A stretch of 64,000 nucleotides of DNA. It comes from Candidatus Latescibacterota bacterium (GTDB taxonomy: Bacteria > Latescibacterota > UBA2968 > UBA8231). A program made the translations under genes and the position numbers. Location: the NCBI GenBank assembly GCA_965203355.1, contig OZ241889.1:3136001-3200000 (forward strand). Reading direction: 5' to 3'. The notes beneath the pieces are model-generated. The model ran no database searches. It was given only the letters and a program-made list of their open reading frames with translations, and was not told the DNA's origin. Below are positions 30,701 to 38,363 of the stretch, one piece after another. Position 1 is the stretch's first letter; the number at the start of each line of letters is the position of its first letter.

Positions 30701-33394
30701 CGTCCCCGCTAATGTCGCGGTGTAATCCACGTCGCGGGTGGCCGCCGCTCCGCTGGCCGGCGGCACAATCGTGAAGCGGACCCGCTCGGCGGCTGGAGCC
30801 GCGCCCGACAAGGTCGCTGTAATTCGGATTTCAGCCGTCTCGCCGTTTTCGCGCACGGCCGATTGCGAAGCCATCACGCTGGCGACGCCCACAGTGACCG
30901 GCGCGGCTTCACTCACCGTGATGGTGAAGGTCTTTGCGCCGCTGTCGCCATCGCTATCGACCGCCACATAGAGGACCGAGGCCATGCCCGCCAGCGTCGG
31001 CGTACCCGAAATCGTCCGGGTCGCCGCGTCAAACGACAGACCCAGCGGCAGGTCCGACGAGACCTTGTACATCAGCGTTCCTTGCCCGCCCGTGGCCGCG
31101 GGCAAAACCTCGCTAAACGCTTGACCCACCGTCGCTTCAAAGGCTAACGCGGCAGTGCCGAAACTCGGCCTTCCCGTGTCCGCGGTCGTATCCGAAGAAC
31201 CAGAATCATCCATCTTCGCCGCGTCTTTCAGCGTGATCTTCGTGGTACTGACCGCGATCTTGTCGTCGTCTTGGTTCTTGAGATTGTCCGTGAGCTGCTT
31301 GATCGTGATCGTCTCGTCGTTGTCGTCTTTCCCGTCGTTGACCGGCGTGACCGTGATCGTCGTCGAGCCGGTGATCTCGCCGCGCGGAATTGTCAGCGAG
31401 CTAAGCACCGCCGTGTAATCCACGTCCCGCGTTGCCGACTTGTCCGGTGTGCGATCCACGACCAACGTGATAGTCGCCGCCGCGTCGAGCACCTTGCCGT
31501 CTAACGTGCCGGTCACCGTCACCGTCGTCGCCCCGGCGTCCTCTTTGATTTCGCTCGGATTGACCGACAGCGTGATGTTCTCGCTCAGCGTCTCATCGTC
31601 CGTGATCTTGAACTCCACCGTATCCATCTGAGACGCTTCGGTGCCGACCTTCGCTATCACATCGAACGTCCACGGATTATTCACACCGCTGTTGTTCACC
31701 GGCGCGACCCGCAGCGTCGCCGTGCCTTTGGTGTCGCCGGCCGGGATCGTCAAGCCCTCAATGACCTCCACCTCGTAATTCACATCGCGCGTCCCCTCAC
31801 CCGCCACGATCTGAAAGTCCACCGCCTTCGCGCCGGTTAAGGCTTTCTCCAATTCAACCGTCATCGCAATGTCCCTCGTCCCCCCTTCCTCGCGGATCAT
31901 CTTCGGACTCAGCGTAAAGTCCTTGATCTGCGCAACCGCAACGTCCTCAATCGTGATTTTGCCGGGGTTGACCTTAACCTGAAAGGCAAAAGAGTCCACA
32001 TACTTTATGACATCACCAGCAGTGTAGATATCTTCAAAGTCTCCATCACCGTTAAAATCAATACGGCCGGGAAAATTATAACTGCTGGCGAAGTGGTTCA
32101 CTTGTTCCCTTAAGTCCCCTTTACCCGAGGGCACCACATAGGTATCCAAATAATCGCCATCCCAGGTAAAGTCGATCCCCAAGTCTTTTTCCACCAAGAC
32201 GGTCCCCGGCGCGAGGTTGTCGTTTATATCCCCATCGCCGTTGAGATCAAATCCGAACCCTACGTCGTCGTTCCCGCCTCTTCCGCCTCGTTCTTTGATG
32301 GTAACGCCGGCGGGTACGATAAATCCATCGCCGTCGAAGGTACCATCCCGGTTAAGGTCTATCCGGACCTGCTTATCCTTATTCATCCGTTTCTTGACCA
32401 CCCCCCTCACGGTCTCACTACCGACCCCCAGCTCGATCGTGCCCGCCTTATTATCCGGATCGAGGGTGAACGTCGTCTTCCCAGAAATCTTCCGCTTCGG
32501 AACGGTCAGAGTACCCAACCCCCTAAGCGAGTAATCCACATCGCGCGTCAAATCACCGCCAGAAACAACCAATTGGTATTTAAGGTCTGAGCTCGTCAAC
32601 GCGCCGCCATCCACCGTCGCCGTCACTTCAATCGAAGTCGCATCCGCCTGCTTGCTGAGCTTGGAAGGCGAAAAAGAGAGATCTATGTCCGTCGGCAAAT
32701 GATCGTCGTCAATGATCTCGATAAATGCGTCACATCCAACACTACCTTTAGGTTCATGACAGAGCCGATCATTCTTCTTTAGGTTTACGTTCGATTCTGT
32801 ACCTGGAGGGTGACTCAGCCTAAACATGAAAAGAGTATTAGGTAGTTTTTCTTGATCAACTACCGAACTGGGATCCGAGTTAAATGTCTGTGCTCCCCCC
32901 CTTGCGTTATAACCCACGACGGCGAATGTATCCTTATCAACCGACACTGTCGCTTTGTCTGGGGCTGGGCCAGTTCCGATATAATCGTTGTCTATCGGGG
33001 TTATGGTTATAGTCCCGGTCGCCTTTTTCTCACCCTTCTTAATCGTCAAAGTGGGTAAGACTGCTGTGAATAACACATTGAGATATTTTCTGGAGAGCGC
33101 ACGCGTAGGGTTAGCTACTCGATCTGTTGCATGGGCACTCGAGTCTGAGAGAACCGCATGAAACTGAACATCTTTATCCGCCGCAGTGCCATCACAGGTT
33201 TCGACTGTAAGCACAACATCTTGCGCCCCACCGTCCTCGCGGATGAACTGCCGGTCCACAGAATACAAGTACTTATAGGTGTTACAGTTCTGAGCCGCAG
33301 CCTCCCCGGCCCAGCCCAACACCAAACTGGCCGCCAGCAAAAAAGGCACAAAAGCCAAGCGCGGCATCGGCACGAACAACTTCGCATGTATCAT
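27740..33394 (-). CDS. 1884-aa secreted surface protein: Calx-beta-like repeats, He_PIG Ig domains, FN3-like, EF-hand/dockerin-like pair, cohesin-like and FlgD-Ig/T9SS type A-like tail
   Basis: Signal peptide (AAA-Q), repeated ATRDVDY modules, three LP.GLSFD.ATRTISGTP modules, FDDFFVLAD.FG twice and a NYPNPFN C-terminal domain. Confidence 0.85.
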   Translation of the reverse strand: MIHAKLFVPMPRLAFVPFLLAASLVLGWAGEAAAQNCNTYKYLYSVDRQFIREDGGAQDVVLTVETCDGTAADKDVQFHAVLSDSSAHATDRVANPTRALSRKYLNVLFTAVLPTLTIKKGEKKATGTITITPIDNDYIGTGPAPDKATVSVDKDTFAVVGYNARGGAQTFNSDPSSVVDQEKLPNTLFMFRLSHPPGTESNVNLKKNDRLCHEPKGSVGCDAFIEIIDDDHLPTDIDLSFSPSKLSKQADATSIEVTATVDGGALTSSDLKYQLVVSGGDLTRDVDYSLRGLGTLTVPKRKISGKTTFTLDPDNKAGTIELGVGSETVRGVVKKRMNKDKQVRIDLNRDGTFDGDGFIVPAGVTIKERGGRGGNDDVGFGFDLNGDGDINDNLAPGTVLVEKDLGIDFTWDGDYLDTYVVPSGKGDLREQVNHFASSYNFPGRIDFNGDGDFEDIYTAGDVIKYVDSFAFQVKVNPGKITIEDVAVAQIKDFTLSPKMIREEGGTRDIAMTVELEKALTGAKAVDFQIVAGEGTRDVNYEVEVIEGLTIPAGDTKGTATLRVAPVNNSGVNNPWTFDVIAKVGTEASQMDTVEFKITDDETLSENITLSVNPSEIKEDAGATTVTVTGTLDGKVLDAAATITLVVDRTPDKSATRDVDYTAVLSSLTIPRGEITGSTTITVTPVNDGKDDNDETITIKQLTDNLKNQDDDKIAVSTTKITLKDAAKMDDSGSSDTTADTGRPSFGTAALAFEATVGQAFSEVLPAATGGQGTLMYKVSSDLPLGLSFDAATRTISGTPTLAGMASVLYVAVDSDGDSGAKTFTITVSEAAPVTVGVASVMASQSAVRENGETAEIRITATLSGAAPAAERVRFTIVPPASGAAATRDVDYTATLAGTITIAAGETMGWTTLFLSPIDNASADGHKHLGVRAAASGGWGQVDLRISDDETPSTSLVLSVMPSALSESAELTEVMVMAALDGKPLAEAATVSVSIDEASSAARDLDYSALFNPTITIAAGSIMGSTRLLIDPTADGMAEGDETVVLNAMLPGLTAGSATLVLTDTDSGMMDDNDGDRETMIPLSFVEGTSIAAHAYTAGTAITPLVLPVALGGEGAITYSVSGLPTGLSFDAATRTISGTPDAATDGAVEVTYTAMAGTESVSLTFTITVNAMLDFGDLSSLFGLNSGAGKANPADSHTDNMIQFTVGVPANLTLPAVSGGTPPLTYSVSGLPAGLSFDPATRTISGTPTTMGETVAAYTVVDASGASQSLPLSMAVVEPPLSAPTNLVAEDYKGADGQGDQGGFVMLSWELSADHKSLDGYRIFRALPVLENEMVPWAHVDAVPGVAMGRAIVATLDNVSTRWGIAAERGGRTTHHAAKAVFVEAGDLTQPYAQMAKTLQASRTAAQGGEGPVLASLLPDALAYARGVAPKLNVVSSVLSSSITWTAEAVRATDDIAPLAVSALQVLDAPDDQGGRIALTWTLSPSDQVLQGVVAGALGPAPVEPVVGVHGYRIYRRAVGEEAFSVVAEVSSGVASFVDETAQHGVHYTYQVRPFDLDNETDSVEHTALAVRNRVADSQGQALLGLFGADHRIGFDDFFVLADRFGLTAGDAGFDPAFDLAPNGTIDFDDFFVLADHFGRSVAAAGKPVPLRTGLNGDARLYLDAPTELPSVGEEFIVNVRLADFVAVKGYGLQIAYDADQLTFVEARTDQPLGGSAFATPQVLADQAGVLTVAAHGDVVSDGELILRLVFRPTTEIAHTTLEITDSQTYDRALGFNRLALPAPVSLQTRPAVFSLAANYPNPFNPQTTIQYALPQAADVGLTVYNVLGQPIRTLVAEHQAAGRYAVEWDATNDSGQSVSSGMYFYRLQAGGDFLDIKKMLLLK

Positions 33395-33397
33395 TAC

Positions 33398-33879
33398 TCA
33401 ACCTCCTGAAGGAGAGCATCGCCCAAGGGCGAAAGGGAAAGGGTAGAAGGAAATGGACTTAGCCGTAGAAATAAGCCGTTGTGTTCCTGCGTTTTTGCTA
33501 CCGTTGAGCAAGACGAATCCCGCGCGGCGAGCGCTCGGGCTACGACGTCGCCGGCCGATAACCGCGAGGCTATCGAGGATGGGTTTCGTTTGTGATGTGG
33601 ATGGGTGGTCAGTGGCCAGTGGCCAGTGGTCGGTGGGGCTTACCGACGCGGCCGGGCATAGCAAGGCCTCTTCCCGCTTCCGTAGAGGAAGGGAAGCGAG
33701 GCGAATAGGTTGGCGAGTGAAGCTAGGGCTTAATGCCCAAGAAATTCGGGGAGGGGGGGGGGGGGTAAATCATTGTTTTTTAACGATTTATGGCGATTAA
33801 GTCTCGGCGTTATCGCAAGTGTAGAACAAGGCACCGCTCCCGGCGATAGTGTTCTTTGTGCTATTGACGTTGTGCCCAT
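33398..33879 (-). other. putative poly-C leader ORF (copy B, frameshifted at the G13 tract 33753-33765)
   Basis: ATG 33879 reads MGTTSIA...KSLKNNDLPPPPLPEFLGH* and stops at 33730. One extra C would join it to the open frame ending at 33398, just before the surface-protein ATG. Confidence 0.55.
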
Positions 33880-33910
33880 GTCCTGTTAATCCGATTAAGA
33901 AGGCCGCAAG
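33630..33910. repeat. leader cassette copy B (diverged direct repeat of 14090-14388)
   Basis: Same block order as copy A. Confidence 0.85.
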
Positions 33911-33963
33911 AGGCGGGGGTCTATACCCCAAACGCGCCGCTGTGCGTTGTGAATTTCATATCT

Positions 33964-33993
33964 AATATACAACATCAGCTAAAAGTTTGTCAA
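33964..33993 (-). promoter_or_regulatory. possible sigma70 promoter for leader B/surface protein
   Basis: TTGACA-N18-TATATT on the minus strand. Confidence 0.5.
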
Positions 33994-34007
33994 ATGTAGG
34001 TCGTGGT

Positions 34008-34109
34008 TTTTGAAACTTAGCTTTACTCCCGTTGGATCGCCCCGGCTCAACCCCAAGCCCGACCTCAACCGTACCGCGACAATTGGAGATTGCAAAATGT
34101 ACCACGACC
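34008..34109. repeat. direct repeat copy 2 (pairs with 27265-27384)
   Basis: Matches copy 1; lies immediately downstream of the tRNA terminator. Confidence 0.85.
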
Positions 34110-34142
34110 AAAAATAAAGCCCCTGATTGCTCAGGGGCTTTT
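34110..34142 (-). terminator. intrinsic terminator of tRNA-Val
   Basis: AAAGCCCCTGA-gcaa-TCAGGGGCTTT followed by ATTTTT on the minus strand. Confidence 0.85.
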
Positions 34143-34146
34143 GGCG

Positions 34147-34223
34147 TGGTGGGCGATCCCAGACTCGAACTGGGGACATCCTGCTTGTAAGGCAGGCGCT
34201 CTGACCAACTGAGCTAACCGCCC
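34147..34223 (-). tRNA. tRNA-Val (TAC)
   Basis: GGGCGGTTAGCTCAGTTGGTCAGAGCG CCTGC-CTTACAA-GCAGG ATGTCCCCAGTTCGAGTCTGGGATCGCCCACCA; 77 nt with encoded CCA. Confidence 0.97.
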
Positions 34224-34272
34224 GGCCTTTAAGCATAACCATTCCAGCTTTTGGGTGCAAAATGAGCGACGT

Positions 34273-35667
34273 TCATTTCTGCTCATCAGCCGCGACCATT
34301 CGTTCATACTGGGCCATGGCCGCTCCGGCCTCAGCGTCCAACCCTTGTTCCCTATAGACCAAGGCAAGCCCGTAATACGCATCGGCATAGTCTGGGCGAA
34401 TTCGCAGGGCGCGTTGGTAGTACGCCAGGGCCTGATGCGGTTGGCCGTGGCGGAGCTGGGCACTCCCCAAATTGTTGTAGGCCAGCGCGTACGCCGTGTC
34501 AATGCGGACGGCGACCTCGTACATCGCAATGGCTTTGCCAGTATCTCCGAGGCGCAAATACGCATTGCCGAGATTGTTGTAGGCGGGCGCGTAATCCGGC
34601 CGCACGGCGAGACAGCTTCTCAGCGCTCTGATTGCCAAGGCGGGCCTGTTTAGTTTGGCGTATATCCCGGCCAAAGCGTAATGAGCCAGCGCGTTATCCG
34701 GCGCGCGCCGCAGCCGCTCTCTGAGCTGAACCAGATCGTCAGCATGGGGGGCCAACTCTTCAAAGCGGCCCAAGTATTGTTGGGCTTTCCCTTTTTCCCC
34801 CTGCCTGACGTAGAGCGTCCCGAGCTTGAAATAGGGCCGCGCCCGCACCGGATCCAAAGCAATGGCGCGCAGGTAATGCGCCTCGGCGAGCGTCTCGGCG
34901 CGTCGGCGCTCCTCGGCCAACCCCAAGCCTACGTGGGCTTGGGCCGCCTTCGGGTCCAGCGCGAGGGCCGCACCAAAAGCCGCTATGGCTGCATCCACTT
35001 GACCCGCCTTCAGCAGGGCGTGGCCTAGACCTATCTGTGCGCGAGGCCAGTCCGCTCTCAGCGCTATGGCCCGCCTAAACGCCGCAATACCTGCTGGGTA
35101 CTCGCCGAGCCGCTCGGCGTAAACCTGGCCTAGGGCGTAAAATGCCAAACTGTAGCCCGTATCAATACGAGTAGCCTGTTGCAGGGCTGTAATCGCCTCG
35201 TAGTACGCCTTGAGCTTGATGTACGCCAAAGCGAGATTGTAGAACGCTCCAGCATTGTCTGGATCGAGTGTCAGGGCCTGTCGATACCCATCGCGGCTGA
35301 GGGCGTATTCCCCTTGCTCCAGCGACAAACTGGCTAAGTGGCACCAGGCTCCCACGTGCTCGTCGTCCAGCGAGAGGGCGCGGCGGAAGTGGGCTTCAGC
35401 CTGCTCGTACAGCCCCTGTTTGCCGAAGATGTTTCCCAACCCGACCCAAGCGTCCGCCGTCAGCGGATCGATGCTCAAGGCCGTGCGATAGTGATACTCG
35501 GCCCCTTGGTAGTCGCGCGCTTGCAAGAGCAGATCGGCCAGTTGCCCATGGGCTTGGCTATCCTGCGGATGCCGCTCCAGCCACGTTTGATAGTCAGTTT
35601 GGGTCGTGGGGGGACGCTCGCACGCGACCAGCGTGGCCAACACGATCCCCAAGAGAGCACTACCCAT
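34273..35667 (-). CDS. TPR-repeat lipoprotein
   Basis: LVAC lipobox and many 34-aa repeats (AYNNLG.AY, A.YNLA). Confidence 0.9.
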   Translation of the reverse strand: MGSALLGIVLATLVACERPPTTQTDYQTWLERHPQDSQAHGQLADLLLQARDYQGAEYHYRTALSIDPLTADAWVGLGNIFGKQGLYEQAEAHFRRALSLDDEHVGAWCHLASLSLEQGEYALSRDGYRQALTLDPDNAGAFYNLALAYIKLKAYYEAITALQQATRIDTGYSLAFYALGQVYAERLGEYPAGIAAFRRAIALRADWPRAQIGLGHALLKAGQVDAAIAAFGAALALDPKAAQAHVGLGLAEERRRAETLAEAHYLRAIALDPVRARPYFKLGTLYVRQGEKGKAQQYLGRFEELAPHADDLVQLRERLRRAPDNALAHYALAGIYAKLNRPALAIRALRSCLAVRPDYAPAYNNLGNAYLRLGDTGKAIAMYEVAVRIDTAYALAYNNLGSAQLRHGQPHQALAYYQRALRIRPDYADAYYGLALVYREQGLDAEAGAAMAQYERMVAADEQK

Positions 35668-35674
35668 CGCTCTA

Positions 35675-38311
35675 TTAGCGCAAGCCGGCGAAGATGGTTA
35701 CAAACGTGAGGAAATTGGTCTCATCGCCTTGTTGCAACGCCCGGCGTTGCCAGCGTACGCCGATCTTGGTAGAAAGTGCGTAGCCTTGATACTCGGAACT
35801 GTTGGTGAATTGAGTGGCCAAGGTCAGGGTCGTGAAATCCTCGACAAAGGTCGGTGGCCGCGGATCGGGCGCTTGCCGTAGATTCCGAAAGACCTCCCAT
35901 TCGATGCCCGACTCCCAGACGAGCTGGCCCGGGATGAGATCACACGTCCCGATTAAGAAAAAAATCTCCGACAGCTCATCGCGCCGCAGCACCAAGGGAT
36001 CCGTCGGGGTTTGGCGGATGTACTGCTGCTTCCACTTGGGCGAAACGGCAATCCCGGCAAACGGCTCGTAGAAGTACTCCGCTCTCAGGATAGCGCCGAG
36101 AAAACTCTCGTTGCGATTTTCCCGCGCCTGATCGCCGCGTTGAAAATAATGGTCCCACTTGACTTTGCCAGACACATTCAGCGGTCGCAGGCGATGCACG
36201 GCGAAGTCGAGGTACGATGTGTTGATCATCGTATGCTGGGCTATCAAGCGGTCCGGCACATCCTGTAACCCCCCGGCCGAAAAGGGAGACTGGACCCACT
36301 GGATCAGCGCATCGGGAATATCGTCGCGGGCGAAGCGCAAAAACTCCATGAAGCGAAACTTAAAGCCGCGCAATGGCAGGTCTTCCTGCCAAGTAAAAAG
36401 CCCATAGCTGGTCTGGTTGCGCCGGGCACTGCCGATCAACCACTCGCGTAGATGCCCGACCACGACCTTAGAACCGGGCTGCATTTCAGCGCCCACGTAG
36501 AGATTGTAGCCCCGGTGGTCGCGTTTGTAGGGATAATCGGGTTCGGTGTCGTTTTCGAGGCGGTCTACGACGGTGTTGTTGTTCATGTCGGTGCCAAAGA
36601 GAAATTCGGGCGGATCGACATTGTAGCGCAGAAAAGGTTCGACGTAATCGGGCTGCAAATTGTCGTTTTGGTTAAAGTCGTTGACCAAATCGTTGTTCTC
36701 GTCGAGGCCGGGAAACACCTCGACATCGGCGGCGCGGGTCGTCTGCTGCCCCGGCACAAAACCGCCCCCGGTAACGCGCCGCCGCCAGTCGGGAAAGCGA
36801 TCTTGGTCGTCGTTGTCCTCGACAAATTCATAGGTAAAATTGAGCTCATCCTCGTAGTCGATAAAACCGCGCTGGTCGGGAATGACCATGGAAGTGCCGT
36901 AGTTCGGATCCATGGAGAAGGCCTCGCCATAGGCAAACCAAGGATAGGCCAAGCGCGAGGCGGTGACGTAAAAAGCCTCGGCGCGATCAGACGCTAGCGC
37001 CTGCCTCTTGACGATATTCTGATTGGGAAACTTGCGGTGGTGGCGGTTGACGTTGAATTCGGAGCGGAGATTGAATCCGGCGAGTTCGGAAACTTCAAAC
37101 GTAAAACCCATGATCTCGTTGGCCGTCGGCAGGCCGTACTGGAAGCGGACGACCTGTTGATTGGAGCCATCGCTGATATTGCCAGGGCTGCGCTTGACCG
37201 GCAAGAAAACCGTCTCGCCGGTGAAGTTAGTCTGCATGTTGGACGTTACCTCTATGCGAAAATCATTGGCCACCACCAGCTCGATATCGATTTTGCGGGC
37301 TTCTTTGAAATCGCCGATCTGATCCTGTACACCCGGGACAAAATCGCGCTCGATGTCGTAACTGAGCGTCAGGACATCGCCGCCGTTGGCTTCGAGCAAG
37401 CCCTGCCGCCGCGTCCCTCCGTCGATCGAAGGTTTTATTTCCGGGTGCTCGACATCGTCGACGAAGATCCGCTCGCGGAACAGCAGCGCACCGCCGGTAT
37501 TGTCGGCGGGCGAGTCGTCGCTGAGACGGACGACGATGCGGCGGACGTTTTCCGCATTCAAGCGCCCGCCCAAGACGCCCTTGAGCGAATTCTCCTCAAA
37601 GCTCAAGCGGCTGTTGCCGTGGTTGGCATTGACATACGTCAATCCCAGCGTGGCAAAATCGCCGACTTGGGCGACGCCGCGCAAGCCGTACAAATTGGTA
37701 AAGACCGTCTCTCTCGCTTCGGAGATTTCGCTGTCGAGACGCTGGACGGCCGGATTGTCAATGCGCGAAGCAATGAAGGTCAAAGCGTATTTATCGGACT
37801 GCATATCCCACTGGATACCGTCGAAGAGCGGCTTCGAAAAAGTCATCGGCGTCAGCGTCGTCCGCAGTTGTTCGCCGACGGTCAGGGCGGTATAAAATTG
37901 CCCTTTGGCAGCCGAGGATATCAGGACGCGGTTAAACCAACTATTGAAGCGGGGGTTTTTGAAAATACTGCTGCCGAAATCGAGCGGGTGTTCCTGACGC
38001 CAGTCGTAGATGCGCCAACCGCGGGTGATGTAGTTGCCGTACAAATCGTAATAGCGATCGCCTTCCAAGAAGAGGTTCACGTAGCGCTGGTAGTTGTCCC
38101 GGGCGTAGTTGGTGTACTCGTAGGTCTTCCAGCCATAGAGATAAAGCAGCGTCTGGGGCACGTACCACTTGCGCAGCACCGGACTCAGCGACTCAAAATC
38201 GACCGGCGTTCCGGTCGCTCGGTACGGATTGAAGAATCCGCTCTGCAAGTCGGCTTTGAGCGCCAAGGGCAAGAGAGCGAGAAAGACCAAAGACCAAATG
38301 ATTTTATTCAT
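35675..38311 (-). CDS. large exported protein, probable outer-membrane beta-barrel with acidic DxD/N loop motifs
   Basis: Start MNKIIWSL after GGGAG, with signal peptide; DNDDQD, GLDENND and DMNNN motifs; alternating beta-strand pattern in the C-terminal third. Confidence 0.6.
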   Translation of the reverse strand: MNKIIWSLVFLALLPLALKADLQSGFFNPYRATGTPVDFESLSPVLRKWYVPQTLLYLYGWKTYEYTNYARDNYQRYVNLFLEGDRYYDLYGNYITRGWRIYDWRQEHPLDFGSSIFKNPRFNSWFNRVLISSAAKGQFYTALTVGEQLRTTLTPMTFSKPLFDGIQWDMQSDKYALTFIASRIDNPAVQRLDSEISEARETVFTNLYGLRGVAQVGDFATLGLTYVNANHGNSRLSFEENSLKGVLGGRLNAENVRRIVVRLSDDSPADNTGGALLFRERIFVDDVEHPEIKPSIDGGTRRQGLLEANGGDVLTLSYDIERDFVPGVQDQIGDFKEARKIDIELVVANDFRIEVTSNMQTNFTGETVFLPVKRSPGNISDGSNQQVVRFQYGLPTANEIMGFTFEVSELAGFNLRSEFNVNRHHRKFPNQNIVKRQALASDRAEAFYVTASRLAYPWFAYGEAFSMDPNYGTSMVIPDQRGFIDYEDELNFTYEFVEDNDDQDRFPDWRRRVTGGGFVPGQQTTRAADVEVFPGLDENNDLVNDFNQNDNLQPDYVEPFLRYNVDPPEFLFGTDMNNNTVVDRLENDTEPDYPYKRDHRGYNLYVGAEMQPGSKVVVGHLREWLIGSARRNQTSYGLFTWQEDLPLRGFKFRFMEFLRFARDDIPDALIQWVQSPFSAGGLQDVPDRLIAQHTMINTSYLDFAVHRLRPLNVSGKVKWDHYFQRGDQARENRNESFLGAILRAEYFYEPFAGIAVSPKWKQQYIRQTPTDPLVLRRDELSEIFFLIGTCDLIPGQLVWESGIEWEVFRNLRQAPDPRPPTFVEDFTTLTLATQFTNSSEYQGYALSTKIGVRWQRRALQQGDETNFLTFVTIFAGLR

Positions 38312-38363
38312 CGCGCGGATCTCCCGTATTGATAGCCGCTTGGCCCGGCGACGCCCGGCCCGC

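Noticed and set aside
27740-33394. Diversity-generating retroelement acting on the surface protein
   Set aside because: No reverse transcriptase in the window; the duplicated 3' end differs at non-adenine positions and by a codon deletion.
34147-34223. tRNA-Val as attB of a classical integrative island
   Set aside because: I found no second copy of the tRNA 3' end and no integrase in the window.
37037-38332. 431-aa plus-strand ORF
   Set aside because: Antisense shadow of the 878-aa exported protein.
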